A DNA stretch of 64,000 nucleotides. It comes from the human T2T-CHM13v2.0 reference genome, Homo sapiens. The notes under the pieces are model-generated. The model did not search any database, was not told the origin of the DNA, and saw only the letters and a list, made by a program, of their open reading frames with translations. How positions within the stretch are numbered: the first letter of the stretch is position 1; every line of letters starts with the position of its first letter. The position numbers and the translations under genes were made by a program. Where the stretch lies: the NCBI RefSeq assembly GCF_009914755.1, contig NC_060947.1; one strand, given 5' to 3'. Below are positions 1-12,204 of the stretch, in pieces.

Positions 1-2897
1 AATTATGGTAGGTTTGCTTTAGGATACTTGGCTTACTTATTTGCATACAGTGCTGCAAGAATAATTATTTGTTACATAGGCCTTTTAAATGGGCTTTGAT
101 GGAATTTGGTTTTGTAGAAGCAATCTGAGATAAAAGACTTTTGAAAGCCAAGCCCAGCCATGGATTTGTACCATTAAATACCTATGAGTTGGGTGAATTC
201 CTCTCCTCTTGATGTTTCAAGATAACTTAGGGTTCCTGGCCTGGTAGAAAGTGACATGTTTTATTTACCACAGATCACAACCCCTGTACGGGGACTGTGT
301 ACACAAAATATGAGGCCAGTTTTTCAAGGGCTTTATTGGCTTTATAAGTTAAAGCTGGATTCCTTAAAGGAAAAGCACACCATTCCAGTTAAAGCCTTGG
401 TAAGAATAACCAGTTTTTCCAATCGTGTCCCGTTACAAAAGAAAACAGATTCTTGTTGTATTTATGCAAATAACTATATTGCCATAACTTAAGAATACTC
501 ATAGATAGTTTCCAAATTTTGGAGAGAATCAGGTAGAGAGAAACAAGTATCCTCCAAATTTTGTTGATGGGAGTTAACAGTTAAAAGTTAAACAGTTAAA
601 AGTGAACAGTTAACTCCCATACATATGGGAGTTAGCAGTTAACAGTTAACAGTTAAAAGCTGTTAATCGCTTAAAAAGAGTTTCTTTGACTTTGAAAGGC
701 AAAACAAAGGGTTAGCAATATTTTAAGCAAAACGTTAAACAGATTAGTTTCCTATTAGTTTGGTTTATGCAGTTAATTCCTGTCCTGCTTTTTATCAGAA
801 ACCTGCAATCAGAGCTGTATAGCTGATTAGAAAACCACCCTTTGAAGAGGACTAAAACAAGACAACAATTGTTTATGGATGACAAAAAGTTTTAGGGTAG
901 CCATAGTTAAAGACACAGTTGACAAAGATATCCGTTACCTCTGTGGCACACAATAATTTTAACAAAACAATTATAATTATTAGTGATAACGTACACTAAG
1001 ATATATTAGAATGATAGGAATCTGCCATAACTTTGGAACACATCCCAATAGCATATTTATACAACTATAGCCCAAAGAAAGCCAAATACCATTTTATATT
1101 TGACAATGCTTCCTGTATGATTTTATATCAAATAAGCCAAATTTTACCATTGTATTAGTGTGCTATTAATGTTAAGCTCCATTTTTCATAAAACCTTGTA
1201 GACGCATTTACCCAATGTTCATGTTTGACCGGAAGGTAAGGTTTTTATAGACCCTTTTTAACCGTTTATACTTTTTGTTAAAGAGCAGGTTAGTGCTTTA
1301 ACAGAAACCCATTGTGCTTTTATTTTAATGCTCGATTTACAGAAAACCTGAATGATACCCCTTTAACTTTAGCCAGTATGTACACACACGAAACTTTCTT
1401 TACAATTAACCTTCCAAAAGTTGCTTAAACCTTTAAAACAATTTTTTAACCTTTTAATGTAGGCAAAAATCCACATTCTTAGGCCTCCTTATAATCTTTT
1501 TACCAAAAGTATATTTTACTTTCCTTACACACCTTGCTCATAAACTATTTCTTCGGTAGTTTTAAATACGTGTTACACTGCTAACTTTTAGCAACCTTTA
1601 CTTTTGATGAAAACCTTGGTAAGTCTGGGAATCTAATTACGCACTAGGTGTAGGGCCTAGGACCCAGACGGAAGTGCGGAGAAGATCTGGCTTATTCCAG
1701 CATTTAACTCCATGTGTCCTAGGGTTTATTCAGCTGCAAAGCAGGCAAGCTGTACAGCTAAGAGTTAGAGTGAAATTGTATACAGCATTGAGGAGGCCGA
1801 ATTACTTTTAAATTGTGCGACATTTCTTGCACAAATTCCCTTTTATAAAATTCTTCAGGACTTTCACAGACAATTTCTGACATGCCTTACCTTTCTGACT
1901 TGTTGTAAAGTCATCCCTTTTTCTAAACAACAGTTAATTTACTTTAGGACAAAAATTTACCATGTGAGATTCTTTCTTATACCAATTATCTTTTCTTTAA
2001 TATTAAAGATGATAACAGTTCTTTCCCAAAACAAATTTCCTTCATGTCTGTGGACTAGACTGCCTAAGGCCACAAGGTTAGAAGTTAGCATATTTTACTA
2101 AATAGTTTAAGATATAGCTATCTTCGTTAAACCAATATTCATGCTTTATTTATTGAAAAAATTACACAAGCAAAGATTATTTTGTTTGGGCTGAGTTGTC
2201 GTTTTGTAGCCTCTGTGCCAAATGTTGACACCTTATAGTATTTTGCAGCCATAAGTGTGAAATTGCTTGATTAATAAATGCAAATAAAAACGTACGCTGG
2301 CACCTCTTAACGACTTTCAACTCAACTTTTAACTTTGCTGTACCGGTAAGTTCTAAAGATTAAAATTACGAGAACTGAAAGGTCCCACAGCTTTTACTTT
2401 TCCCTTAAAAATATTTGATTTAAGTGCTTATTTTTTTGGCCAGTTAATTAGAGTTCTTTTAATAGACATCGCACACATAAAACATATATAGCCACACAGA
2501 CAATCAGAAGAAGATTGAGTAGTTATGAGATTTTTTTTCTGCTAATTTTCCAATTGGATTATTGGCCTTCGGGTGAGGCCTTTTAAGAACAGGGCTAAGA
2601 AAGCAGTTTCTAGGGCCTAATGAACAAGTACAGTTGGAAGACAAAGACAGAACTTTGAGAGGTACTTATTTATCTTTAAGTCTAGGGGTTTCATAAGGAA
2701 AACAGAGGTTTTTCCCAAAACGGGATTTGTGGCACCTTTTTTGTTTTCCCAAGGAGTCCCAGGCCACCAGGAGTCATTTCAGGGTCTTTCATACATGCAC
2801 CAAGAGTGGCAAGACAGAGTGGAGAAAAGTAATTTAGTCGACCAGGAAAAAACCTTTTCCAGGAAAACAAAATTTATGAAGAGAAAAACATAAACGC
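1..2897 (-). mobile_element. ERV1/MER4-group internal sequence, non-coding and AT-rich, running off the left edge
   Basis: Characteristic MER4-group internal motifs (e.g. CCCAAAGAAAGCCAAATACCATTTTATATTTGACAATGCTTCCTGTATGA), homologous to 12230-12420, next to an LTR fragment at 3139-3387. Confidence 0.65.
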
Positions 2898-3138
2898 GGC
2901 TGGGCACGGTGGCTCACGCCTGTAATCCCAGCACTTTGGGAGGCCGAGGTGGGCGGATCTTGAGGTCAGGAGTTCCGAGACCAGCTGGGCCAACATAGTG
3001 AAACCCTGTCTCTACTAAAAATAGAAAAATTAGCCAGGTGCGGAGGCAAACGCCTGTAGTCCCAGCTACTTGGCAGGCTGAGACAGGAGAATGGCTTGAA
3101 CCCAGGAGGCAGAGGTTGCAGTGAGCCGAGACCACGCC
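2898..3138 (+). mobile_element. AluS, 3'-truncated with no tail
   Basis: Starts GGCTGGGCACGGTGGCTCACGCC and ends abruptly at GAGCCGAGACCACGCC. Confidence 0.9.
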
Positions 3139-3387
3139 TCTGGGTGGAGGGGAGGAGGTTATCTTGGGGCTGGCATCTTCCTGGCCAGGGTGGGGTTATC
3201 TTGGGGCTAGTTTGTTTCTGGTCAGGGAGGAGTCTGGAATGTTTCTGGTTGGAGATGTTATTTGTGGTTTATGGTCATGCTGACCTTAGCCATTAGGCTG
3301 ATGCCCTTTGGCTTTTGGTGGTTTTTGATTAAGGTGAATTTTAAAATGACAGAGCTTGTTCAAGATGGCAATACTCCTGCTTTGTCG
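3139..3387 (-). mobile_element. 5' part of an ERV1 LTR (LTR19/LTR9-like)
   Basis: The minus strand reads GACAAAGCAGGAGTATTGCCATCTTGAACAAGC...GGCATCAGCCTAATGGCTAAGGTCAGCATGACCATAAACCACAAATAACATC, which resembles these LTR starts as recalled. Confidence 0.65.
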
Positions 3388-3612
3388 GTGATGTCCTAAG
3401 CCTCTAGCCCCTGATGCCTTGGTATCGTCACTGATTGCAAAAGCTATGCCATGCCTAATGTGCATTTTCAGGAAGGAACAATCAGCATGTTTCTGAGTTT
3501 GGAGACCTGGATTCTTGCAAGAGACTGTGGGTTCCTATGATCCTATGGTCTCTTCCAGCTTTAATATTCTATGATAAAATGATGTCCAATGCTTTCTCTA
3601 TTGCAAAAATCT

Positions 3613-4006
<394 letters not shown>

Positions 4007-4681
4007 CTATTATACTCACTAGTAATAGTTTGTAATTACTGCACACACAGTATGTACTAGGCTCTGTGCTAAAAGCTTAAATATATTAATTAATTTGTTT
4101 TTCAAAACAATCCTGAGAAGTAGGTGCTAGCATTTTTTCCATTTTTCATACGAAGAATCTAAGACTCAGAGGAGTTAAGAAACTTGACCTGGATCACCCA
4201 ACTAGGGCGTAGCAGAATTTCAGATTTGAACCAGGCCCATGATCTTACTTTTATTCCATATTTCCTCTGAACATAACAAGAGTAATACTAATGAGTACAA
4301 CATTAATATAAGTTTAGTACTACAGCTGGCAATTTAATAACCCTTGCCACAACTGTGAGAACATGTAGCATGAATAGTACTCTATCCATTTTATGGATAG
4401 GGAATTAATCACTTACCAGTGTTGCTCCCTGACAGTTAAAACATGTAAATGCTTTCTAGTAATGAAGACTGCAATACTAAATTCAGATTAACGTGCATTC
4501 ATTCACCAAATATTTCTTGCATGTTTACATGTTCCAGGTACTGTAGTAAAATAACTGATAAAAGTATCATTTTTTTGGAAAGAAGTACAAGTGCCATTTA
4601 ACGTCTTCACCATTAAATGGAGGATAGCCTTTCCAATAAAGTGACTTCTGACTAGTGACCTTAAGAAAATTCGGATACACA

Positions 4682-5020
4682 GGCTGGGCGTGGTGGCTCA
4701 CGATTGTAATCTCAGCACTTTGGGAGGGGAAGGCAGGCAGATCACGAGGTCAGGTGTTCAAGACCAGCCTGGCCAACCAATGAAACCCCATCTATACTAA
4801 AACTACAAACATTAGCCAGGCGTGGTAGCAGGCGCCTGTAATCTCAGCTACTCAGGAGGCTGAGGCAGGAGAATTGCTTGAAACCAGGAGGTGGAGGTTG
4901 CAGAGAGCCGAGAGTGCACCACTGCACTCCAGGCTAGCCGACAAAGCAAGGCTCCATCTCAAAAAAAAAAAAAAAAAAAAAAAAGAAAGAAAAAGAAAGA
5001 AGGAAAGAAAAAGAAAAGAA
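4682..5020 (+). mobile_element. AluS (Sg-like) with A/GAAA tail
   Basis: Full dimer. TSD AAGAAAATTCGGATACACA / AAGAAAATTAGGATACATA. Confidence 0.92.
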
Positions 5021-5794
5021 AAGAAAATTAGGATACATAGTGGATATTTTAGAGAAGAACCTTCCAGGCAGTAGTAGTATGCAAAGACCCTGATATGGAT
5101 GGCAGGTTAGAGGAATCACATGCGTGGTGAGTTACAAGAGTCACAGATTGGGGAGTGTGATAGAAGCAGAGTGATTCATGAGAAGAATAAGTATTAATGT
5201 CAGAGAGGTAATAGGTGCCCACATCATGTACGGCCTTATTAGGAATTTGGATTTTATTTTAATCAAGATGAAAACTCTGTGGAGCTTTCATCAAAGGAAA
5301 AACATGATGTGGCTTAAAATATATTGTAGGAGATCAAGGATAGAAGAAATAACCCATTGTCATTATTACATTACCAAATATTTTTCAGAATCATTTTTTG
5401 TTTGCTCAGATGATTTTCAAAAACATCTTTAGCTACTTAATTTAACTTGTTAAGTATTCAGACTTGTGAAGCTTTCTACCAATTTAGGTTTAAGCTCGTC
5501 TCCTGTCTTCTCTCCTCTTCTCCTTTCCTCCCTCCCTCCCTCCCTCCCTCCCTCCCTTCCTTCCTTTCTTTCTTCCTTACTTCCTTGTCTTTTAGATTCC
5601 TCCCAGAGCATAAGATAACACAGGACGAGGTTTGCTGTCTGAAATGCGTTGAAGTCCCCTGTTATTACAAGAGTTCAAAAACGTGATGACCTCCAAAGGA
5701 TGATTAAGAAATAGAATCAGTCTTAAGTTGTAGTGTGGTGCATGGGGATCACTCTCTAGGATCTATATTTAGTCAATGACAAAATATTTGCTGA

Positions 5795-6124
<330 letters not shown>

Positions 6125-6814
6125 AGATCAGTGATTCTTGATTTTCTTGGCTATGAAGAAAATGATGCAATATGCTCTTCAAGGGCCTTTCTGCAGAATA
6201 GAGAAGATGAGATGCAAACTATTCTCATTGATTAACACCTTGCTTGTAACTATATCTGTTTCTCTTACATTCAGAAAATTGTATTGGAATGCAAATGGTT
6301 GTGAGAGATACCACTTTTTATTGAAATAGCTGGCACATGAATATACCTGGTTACAATGCTTGGCCGAATGAGAAATGCAATGCCATTTTATGTAATTGCA
6401 CTTAATATGCGTGAGTCTCACACTTAATCAATTCAGAATCTCAGAATTTCCCAATGTTGTATCCATCGAACATCTCCTGAGATGCGTATCATCCCATCTG
6501 GCCCTAAATGGCTGATTCATGCAGAACATTTTCATGTCATCCCTCAAGCCCAACCACAGGGCACCTTCAGATCCAACTCTCTTTAAAACACTTTAGTGTC
6601 CTTCTTAGGGGCATGAGAAACATTAAACTGGTTTCTTTCACCATTCTGATTCTTCAAGAAAGGAAGTAGAGCTGTTATAGGCCATTTACTGACTATGTGC
6701 TGCTCTCGGGTAGCCCCACTCCCTCTGCTGTCCTGCACAGAAAAACATAGTACGTGATTAACTATGTAAGACTCTCTCAGGCCCATCTTCCCAGGCAGAA
6801 CACTTGGACATGTC

Positions 6815-7830
6815 TTTCTTCTTTATTTTTATTATTTTAAACTGAACAGATAAAATGGAATGTGTCTATCATGTATCTAATGTTTGAAGTATATACATTG
6901 TAGAATGAATAAATATAGCTAATTAACATATGCATCATCCCACAAAGTTATCATTTTGTATTGAGAACACTTACCATCTACTCTCTTAGCATTCATCAAT
7001 AATACAACATATTATGATCACCTGTAGTCACCGTGTGGTACAATGTATCTCTGCAGCTTATTCCTTCAGTCTAACAGAAATTTGGTATCCTTTGAGCAAT
7101 GTCTTTCCAGCCACCACCACCGAGCCCCTAGTCACCACCATTCTATGCTCTACCTCTGTGAGACTTCTTAATTTTTTATTATTTTATTTTTAAATTTTTG
7201 TTAACTTTTATGTTAGGTTCAGGGGTACATGTGCAGGCTCGTTATATAGGGAAGTTGCGTGTCACACGGGTTTGGTGTACACATTATTTCATCACCCAGG
7301 TAATCAGCATAATAGCTGATAGGTAGCTTTTCAACCCTCACCCTCCTCCCCATCCTTTACCCCCAAGTAGACACGGGTGTCTGTTGTTCCCTTCTTTGTG
7401 TCCATGCGTACCGATGTTTAGCTCTTGCTTATAAATGGAAAAAGGTGGTATTCCATTTTCTGTTCCCACGTGAGTTCGCTTAGAGTAATGGCCTCCAGCT
7501 CCATCCATGTTGCTGCAAAAGACATGATCTCGTTTTTTTATGGCTGCATAGTATTCCGTGCTGTTTATGTACCACATTGTCTTTATCCAGTCTGCTGCTG
7601 ATGGGCCTTTAGGTTGATTCAAAATCTTTGCTATTGCGAATAGTGCTGTCAAGACCATAGGCATGCGTATGTCTTAATGGTAGAATGATATATATCGTTT
7701 GGGTATATATCCAGTAATGTGATTGCTGAGATGAATGGTAATTCTAAGTTCTTGCAGAAATCACCAAACTGCTTTCTACAATGGCTGAACTAAGTTACAT
7801 TCCCATAAACAGTGTATAGGTGTTCTCTTT
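6815..7830 (-). mobile_element. Old L1 3'-end fragments (L1MA-like ~6815-7165, older L1PA ~7166-7830)
   Basis: L1 3'UTR motifs (GGGGTACATGTGCAGG, CCAGCTCCATCCATGTTGCTGCAAAAGACATG) and ORF2 C-terminal-like peptide ALFAIAKILNQPK...DWIK. Confidence 0.8.
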
Positions 7831-7835
7831 TCATT

Positions 7836-8695
7836 TCTTTCAAGGCAGCAGGTTTCTTTCTGGCCTAGGGTGTGTCTAGAAATGTTATCCAGGAGCTAGT
7901 GCCTGGAGCAGGGGCTTCACAACCCCGACCGGTGCCCTGTCCCGCTGTAGTTGAGCTGGTATTCAAGATGCAAGAAAAAAAACGCTCCTCACTATTCCAT
8001 CTCCTCAAGTGGAAGGAGGGGGTCTTTTATGGAGCCGCTAGCTGGGGCAGTCTGGGGCTAGGGCAGGGGTGACACCAGCACTCACTTGGCTGCCCCAGCT
8101 GGTATCTCAGGAGGTCATGTGCACCCCTCCACATACCCGCCACAATCCACTGCCTCTGGGCCCAATTCTATGCTAGAACTCACCTACGAGTTAGAGATCT
8201 TATGGCCTAGACTGCCTTTAAGGTTGTCTGAGAAACCTGGAACCGTTTCTTAGCCCTTGGTGGCAAGGTTTGCAGAAACTCAAGTTCTGATTCCTGGGAT
8301 GGGTAATTTCCCTCTTTCTAGAGGTGGTTTCAATGCTCCCTTCCCAGATGGGAGTCAGCTAAGTTTGGTCTGGTTTTCCTTTCTCCTGTAAGAGACAGCA
8401 CCGAGTTCAGTGACCCACAACTGCTCTGCTCTTGCTCTTCCAGCTTCCAGAGATGCTCTTTACACCACACTGCCACTGCCTAGGATAGGGAAGGGGTGGG
8501 GTCAGCGATTTAAGACTGTTTCTTCTAACTCTTCAGTGCCTCTTTCAGTGATACCGCCAGGTACTATGAGAGTTCCCCTGATTTTGGGTTCTTATGGAGG
8601 TGTTTTCTACTGTGTGGATAGTTGCTAAATTTGTGTCCTTGCGAGGGGGCTGATCTGGGCAGCCTTCTATTCTGCTTTTCTTGCTCCGCCTCTCT
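7836..8695 (-). mobile_element. L1PB/L1MA-type 5' region fragment
   Basis: Resembles an antisense old L1 5'UTR (TTCAAGGCAGCAGGTTTCTTTCTGGCCTAGGGTGTGTCTAGAAATG...). Confidence 0.6.
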
Positions 8696-10174
8696 CAGCT
8701 TAGTTTTGGTTTGTTTTTGTTTGTTTGCTTTTCCTCTGCAATGCCTAAGGCTAAAGAATGTGATCCCGTATTACTATCCTAAATATGAAAAATTCTTTAA
8801 TGTCTCGTGCTGGGTGGAAATACTAGTTTGCAATGAGGAATACCTTCAATTGTACATATCAAAGAGTAAGAAAAAAAGCACTGGGATTTTTTGTTTTTAC
8901 CTTGTGGTCCGACAACTTGAAAGAATATTCTTTTATTCCAAAGATGGTACGTGGGGATTTTGTTCTGGAAATCAGTGCTAGGTATTTAGGTATTTGGTTG
9001 GAGAAAAGCAAACTGGTTTTTGTCTATTGATATTTAGTATATTTTATTTTTTCATGTTATCCATGACAGTGTTATGACTTAGCAAACAACAGTTACAAAT
9101 AACTAAAATTGTAATTGCTCCTGCATTTCTATTTAACTCCCTCATGTATCCTGAGAAGACCTTCTTGTTTTACCTAATGATCTCTCCAACATCCCCTGAA
9201 CTCTCAAGAGGTAGACACTATGTGAAGGTCAATTCAAAGACAGAAACTAAAACCCCATCCACGGGTGACTCCATGGTGAATCCCTGTGGTGTCTTTTCCC
9301 GCTAACCGATGTGTATCCACCAAGCAGTTTTATTTTTCAGTATAAATATTATACTGTTTGACATTTTAAGACACATTGTAATCAAAATCTATAGCCTTAA
9401 TTAAATGATGAATTTCAGGAAATTATCATGCAAAATGGAAGTGTTAGGAAGCCGATAATAGACACACTCTCCTAAAAATGATCTCACCACATCACACCTA
9501 ACCCTTCTCACCACCTTGCAGTTCACATTCCATGGGAAAAAGTTCCTCATACTTAAGAGTGTTTTACTTTCCTTTTCCCAAGTCATGGCGATTTTGAATA
9601 TTCACACTTCGCGGATATCAACACATTTCTAAAGTATACTTATCTTGATTAAAGACTGCTGAGGTCATTAAAACACTAACAAATATTTCAGATGCATTGA
9701 ACATTTTGTTTTAGAATTGGCTTTTCAATCATTTCATCACAAGCAATGCTTTCCTGCCGTTTACTTACTCCTACATCTACTATCTTCTTTTGTATTGTGC
9801 TTTGTGTTTTACAGAACATTTACTCTTTATAAAGCATCTATTTCTAGCCTAGGAAAATATCAAATGGAAAGGGGATGGGAATACCTTTGATATGTCCATT
9901 CAGCAGAACTATGTGCTGCTGGGTACAGTTGCGTGAACATATACACATCTCCACTTCCTGTGAGATAAAATTTTAAGAAGAAAATTTTCTTTAGGAATCA
10001 GTCCTCCCCCAGGCCTTATTTACAATGTCTGGCTTACTGTCAACCTGTGGGTCTGTCCACCAACCCTACAGGACCTCATATCCCTCCCTTCTCAAATGCC
10101 TACCTCTTCCCTTCCCTTCACCCCCCACCATCAGAAAACAGGCAGAGATATACACAGCCATCAGCTTCTCAAAC

Positions 10175-10180
10175 TTTATT
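10175..10180 (-). terminator. Polyadenylation signal AATAAA of the SPANX transcript
   Basis: TTTATT on the plus strand, 35 nt past the stop codon. A GT/T-rich tract follows on the minus strand (GCTGTGTATATCTCT...TGTTTT). Confidence 0.8.
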
Positions 10181-10214
10181 GTCATTGCCCAAGGTTGAGA
10201 GATGTAGCTTCTTG

Positions 10215-10436
10215 CTACTTTGCAGGTATTTCAACCATTATTTCCATGAATTCCTCCTCCTCCATTTGGAGGGGGTTGATTCTGTTCTTTCGGGCGTGGT
10301 CATTCACCAGTTCCTCTGGAGATGTTCTTTTAAAGTTCCTCCTGTAGCGAACCACTAGTATGGTCGAGGACTCAGATGTTTTTAGTTTTTTCGGAGCAGG
10401 TTGCGGGTCTGAGTACCCACTCGAGGTCTCCGGCAT
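10215..10436 (-). CDS. SPANXD: SPANX-A/D family coding exon 2 ([73 protein letters not shown]); spliced product 97 aa, sperm nuclear / cancer-testis antigen
   Basis: Preceded on the minus strand by a pyrimidine tract and acceptor (TTTTCTTAACAG|ATG, AG at 10438-10437). 24+73 = 97 aa, the SPANX-A/C/D length. The residues SSGY, KKLK, NF, ELV and RKNR fit SPANXD as I recall it. Confidence 0.93.
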
Positions 10437-11083
10437 CTGTTAAGAAAACAGGGAGAGGCCAGGAGGACATTATTTTGGGTGAACAGGATAGAGACTGGAT
10501 AGCAAGGGGGCTTCATGAGAAGAAGGAATGCGGGTTGAGGAAGGGGTTTGATCCAGAGAAGAAGAAGGTTGAAGCACAGAGTAGGGATCTATGGGGAAGA
10601 AGAAGAGGAGCGTGGGTAGGGTCACCTGTGAGTCCAAACTGCACCATTTTGTCAGTTCTTTGCTATTTTGCAGACCTTGGTCAAAGTGAAACATCCCATG
10701 GGGGTTCAGGCCGTGAGAAACATCCTGCCTAACCACCTGTCCGCAAGGCGGACAAAGGCCCAACTGAAGAAACATCCCTATCATATCTTGCTTGGCAGCG
10801 TTCTAAGGAACACCACAATGATATTCCACCAGAAAAAGGGCCAAACCACCTGATCATAAGAACATCTTATCAATATCCTGCCGGGCAGCAAGCCATACTG
10901 CCCAGGCCCCTCCCACCCCTACCTACAAGCACCCCAGCCTGTAAGCGGCGGTGGGCTCTGGCATTAAGCGGGCCCCCCACTTCCACAATGGTCTGCAATA
11001 TTCCTGTGTTGTTGTTTGAGCCGCCCCCGCTCTGTGTGTCTTTCTTTCACCCTCGCCTTCACTTCAGAACCTAACAGTCTTAC
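10437..11083 (-). other. Single 647-bp GT-AG intron of the SPANX gene
   Basis: GT at 11083-11082 and AG at 10438-10437. The size and LTR content agree with the known ~650-bp LTR-containing SPANX intron. Confidence 0.92.
10627..11076 (+). mobile_element. Solo ERV1-class LTR (MER61/HUERS-type, subfamily uncertain) in the SPANX intron, antisense to the gene
   Basis: TG...CA termini (TGTGAGTCCAAACTGCACCATTTTG ... CAGAACCTAACA), 450 bp, with typical LTR U5 sequence (CTCTGTGTGTCTTTCTTTCACCCTCGCC). Confidence 0.75.
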
Positions 11084-11155
11084 CATCTCGTTGGCCTCGT
11101 TGGAATCACAGGGGACGCTCCTCTTCACCCCGCCGGCACTGGATTGTTTGTCCAT
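11084..11155 (-). CDS. SPANXD: SPANX-A/D family coding exon 1 (24 codons, [24 protein letters not shown])
   Basis: The translation is the recognisable SPANX-A/D N-terminus. It is followed directly by a canonical donor, ATG|GTAAGA (intron starts at 11083), in phase 0. The family call is firm; the paralog call (D versus A1/A2/C) rests on recalled protein sequences. Confidence 0.92.
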
Positions 11156-11237
11156 TGTATATATTGGTTCTTCAATGTCAGCGGCAGGCTTTTGTAGGTT
11201 TTGAATCTTCTCAGTGGCCCGGAGCTCTTGCCCTCCC

Positions 11238-11342
11238 TATGTATACCCTCCTGGTGACAAGGCAAAGCCACACCCTTGAGCTTTGTTTGATCATACAGGC
11301 AGTGTCCCAGCCAATGGCAGCCCTAGGGTGGCTTCGACGTCA
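11238..11342 (-). promoter_or_regulatory. SPANX core promoter with TATA-like box, CCAAT box and near-CRE
   Basis: TATACATA on minus at 11245-11238, AGCCAATGG at 11309-11317 and TGACGTCG on minus at 11342-11335 (7/8 match to CRE). All lie 83-190 bp upstream of the ATG in a locally CpG-richer region. Confidence 0.6.
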
Positions 11343-11889
11343 CAAAGCCCCACTGCTGACCACTCCCTGGGCTTGCGGGCGAGGGGTGGCAGGGGTGTAG
11401 AGCAAACCAAATGCTGCTGTTGTTTCAGCATCCCCTGAAGATGCATCCCAAACCGATCTGCCGCCGCTCCTCATTTCTCCATGTTTAATGTTCACGGTTC
11501 ACATGGAAGTCAGAGGATGATTCCTTCAAGCCCTTCCCCACAGCCATTCCTATTAAGTGATTCATTCTTTTGTCTTCCAGCCCTCACCATGACTTAGTAT
11601 TTTCGATGTCTCACCTCAAATCCCCCAAGCTAGTGTGGCTACATTTATTTATTGGCGGAGATGTGAATTATCCCATTTCCCTCCTACAGTTCCTTCACAT
11701 GCACCTCGAAGACCATTTACTTTTGGGCTACTGCCAGGCAAATTTCAACCCATGTTCTTTTACCCAATGTCCGTGTAGTTCAAGTTTCCTATCTCCAATC
11801 TGAAATAATGGCCTTCAGTCTGTCAAAACTTTAGTGAATAAACACTCTTTACCGTGTATCCTAGTCTTGTTTCAAATCAGGGGTGTATA

Positions 11890-12183
<294 letters not shown>

Positions 12184-12204
12184 AGGACGGCCATTATTAA
12201 AACC

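Noticed and set aside
10964-11155. 63-aa ORF as a standalone gene
   Set aside because: It is SPANX exon 1 read through a strong splice donor into the LTR. It would exist only on intron retention, for which there is no evidence here.
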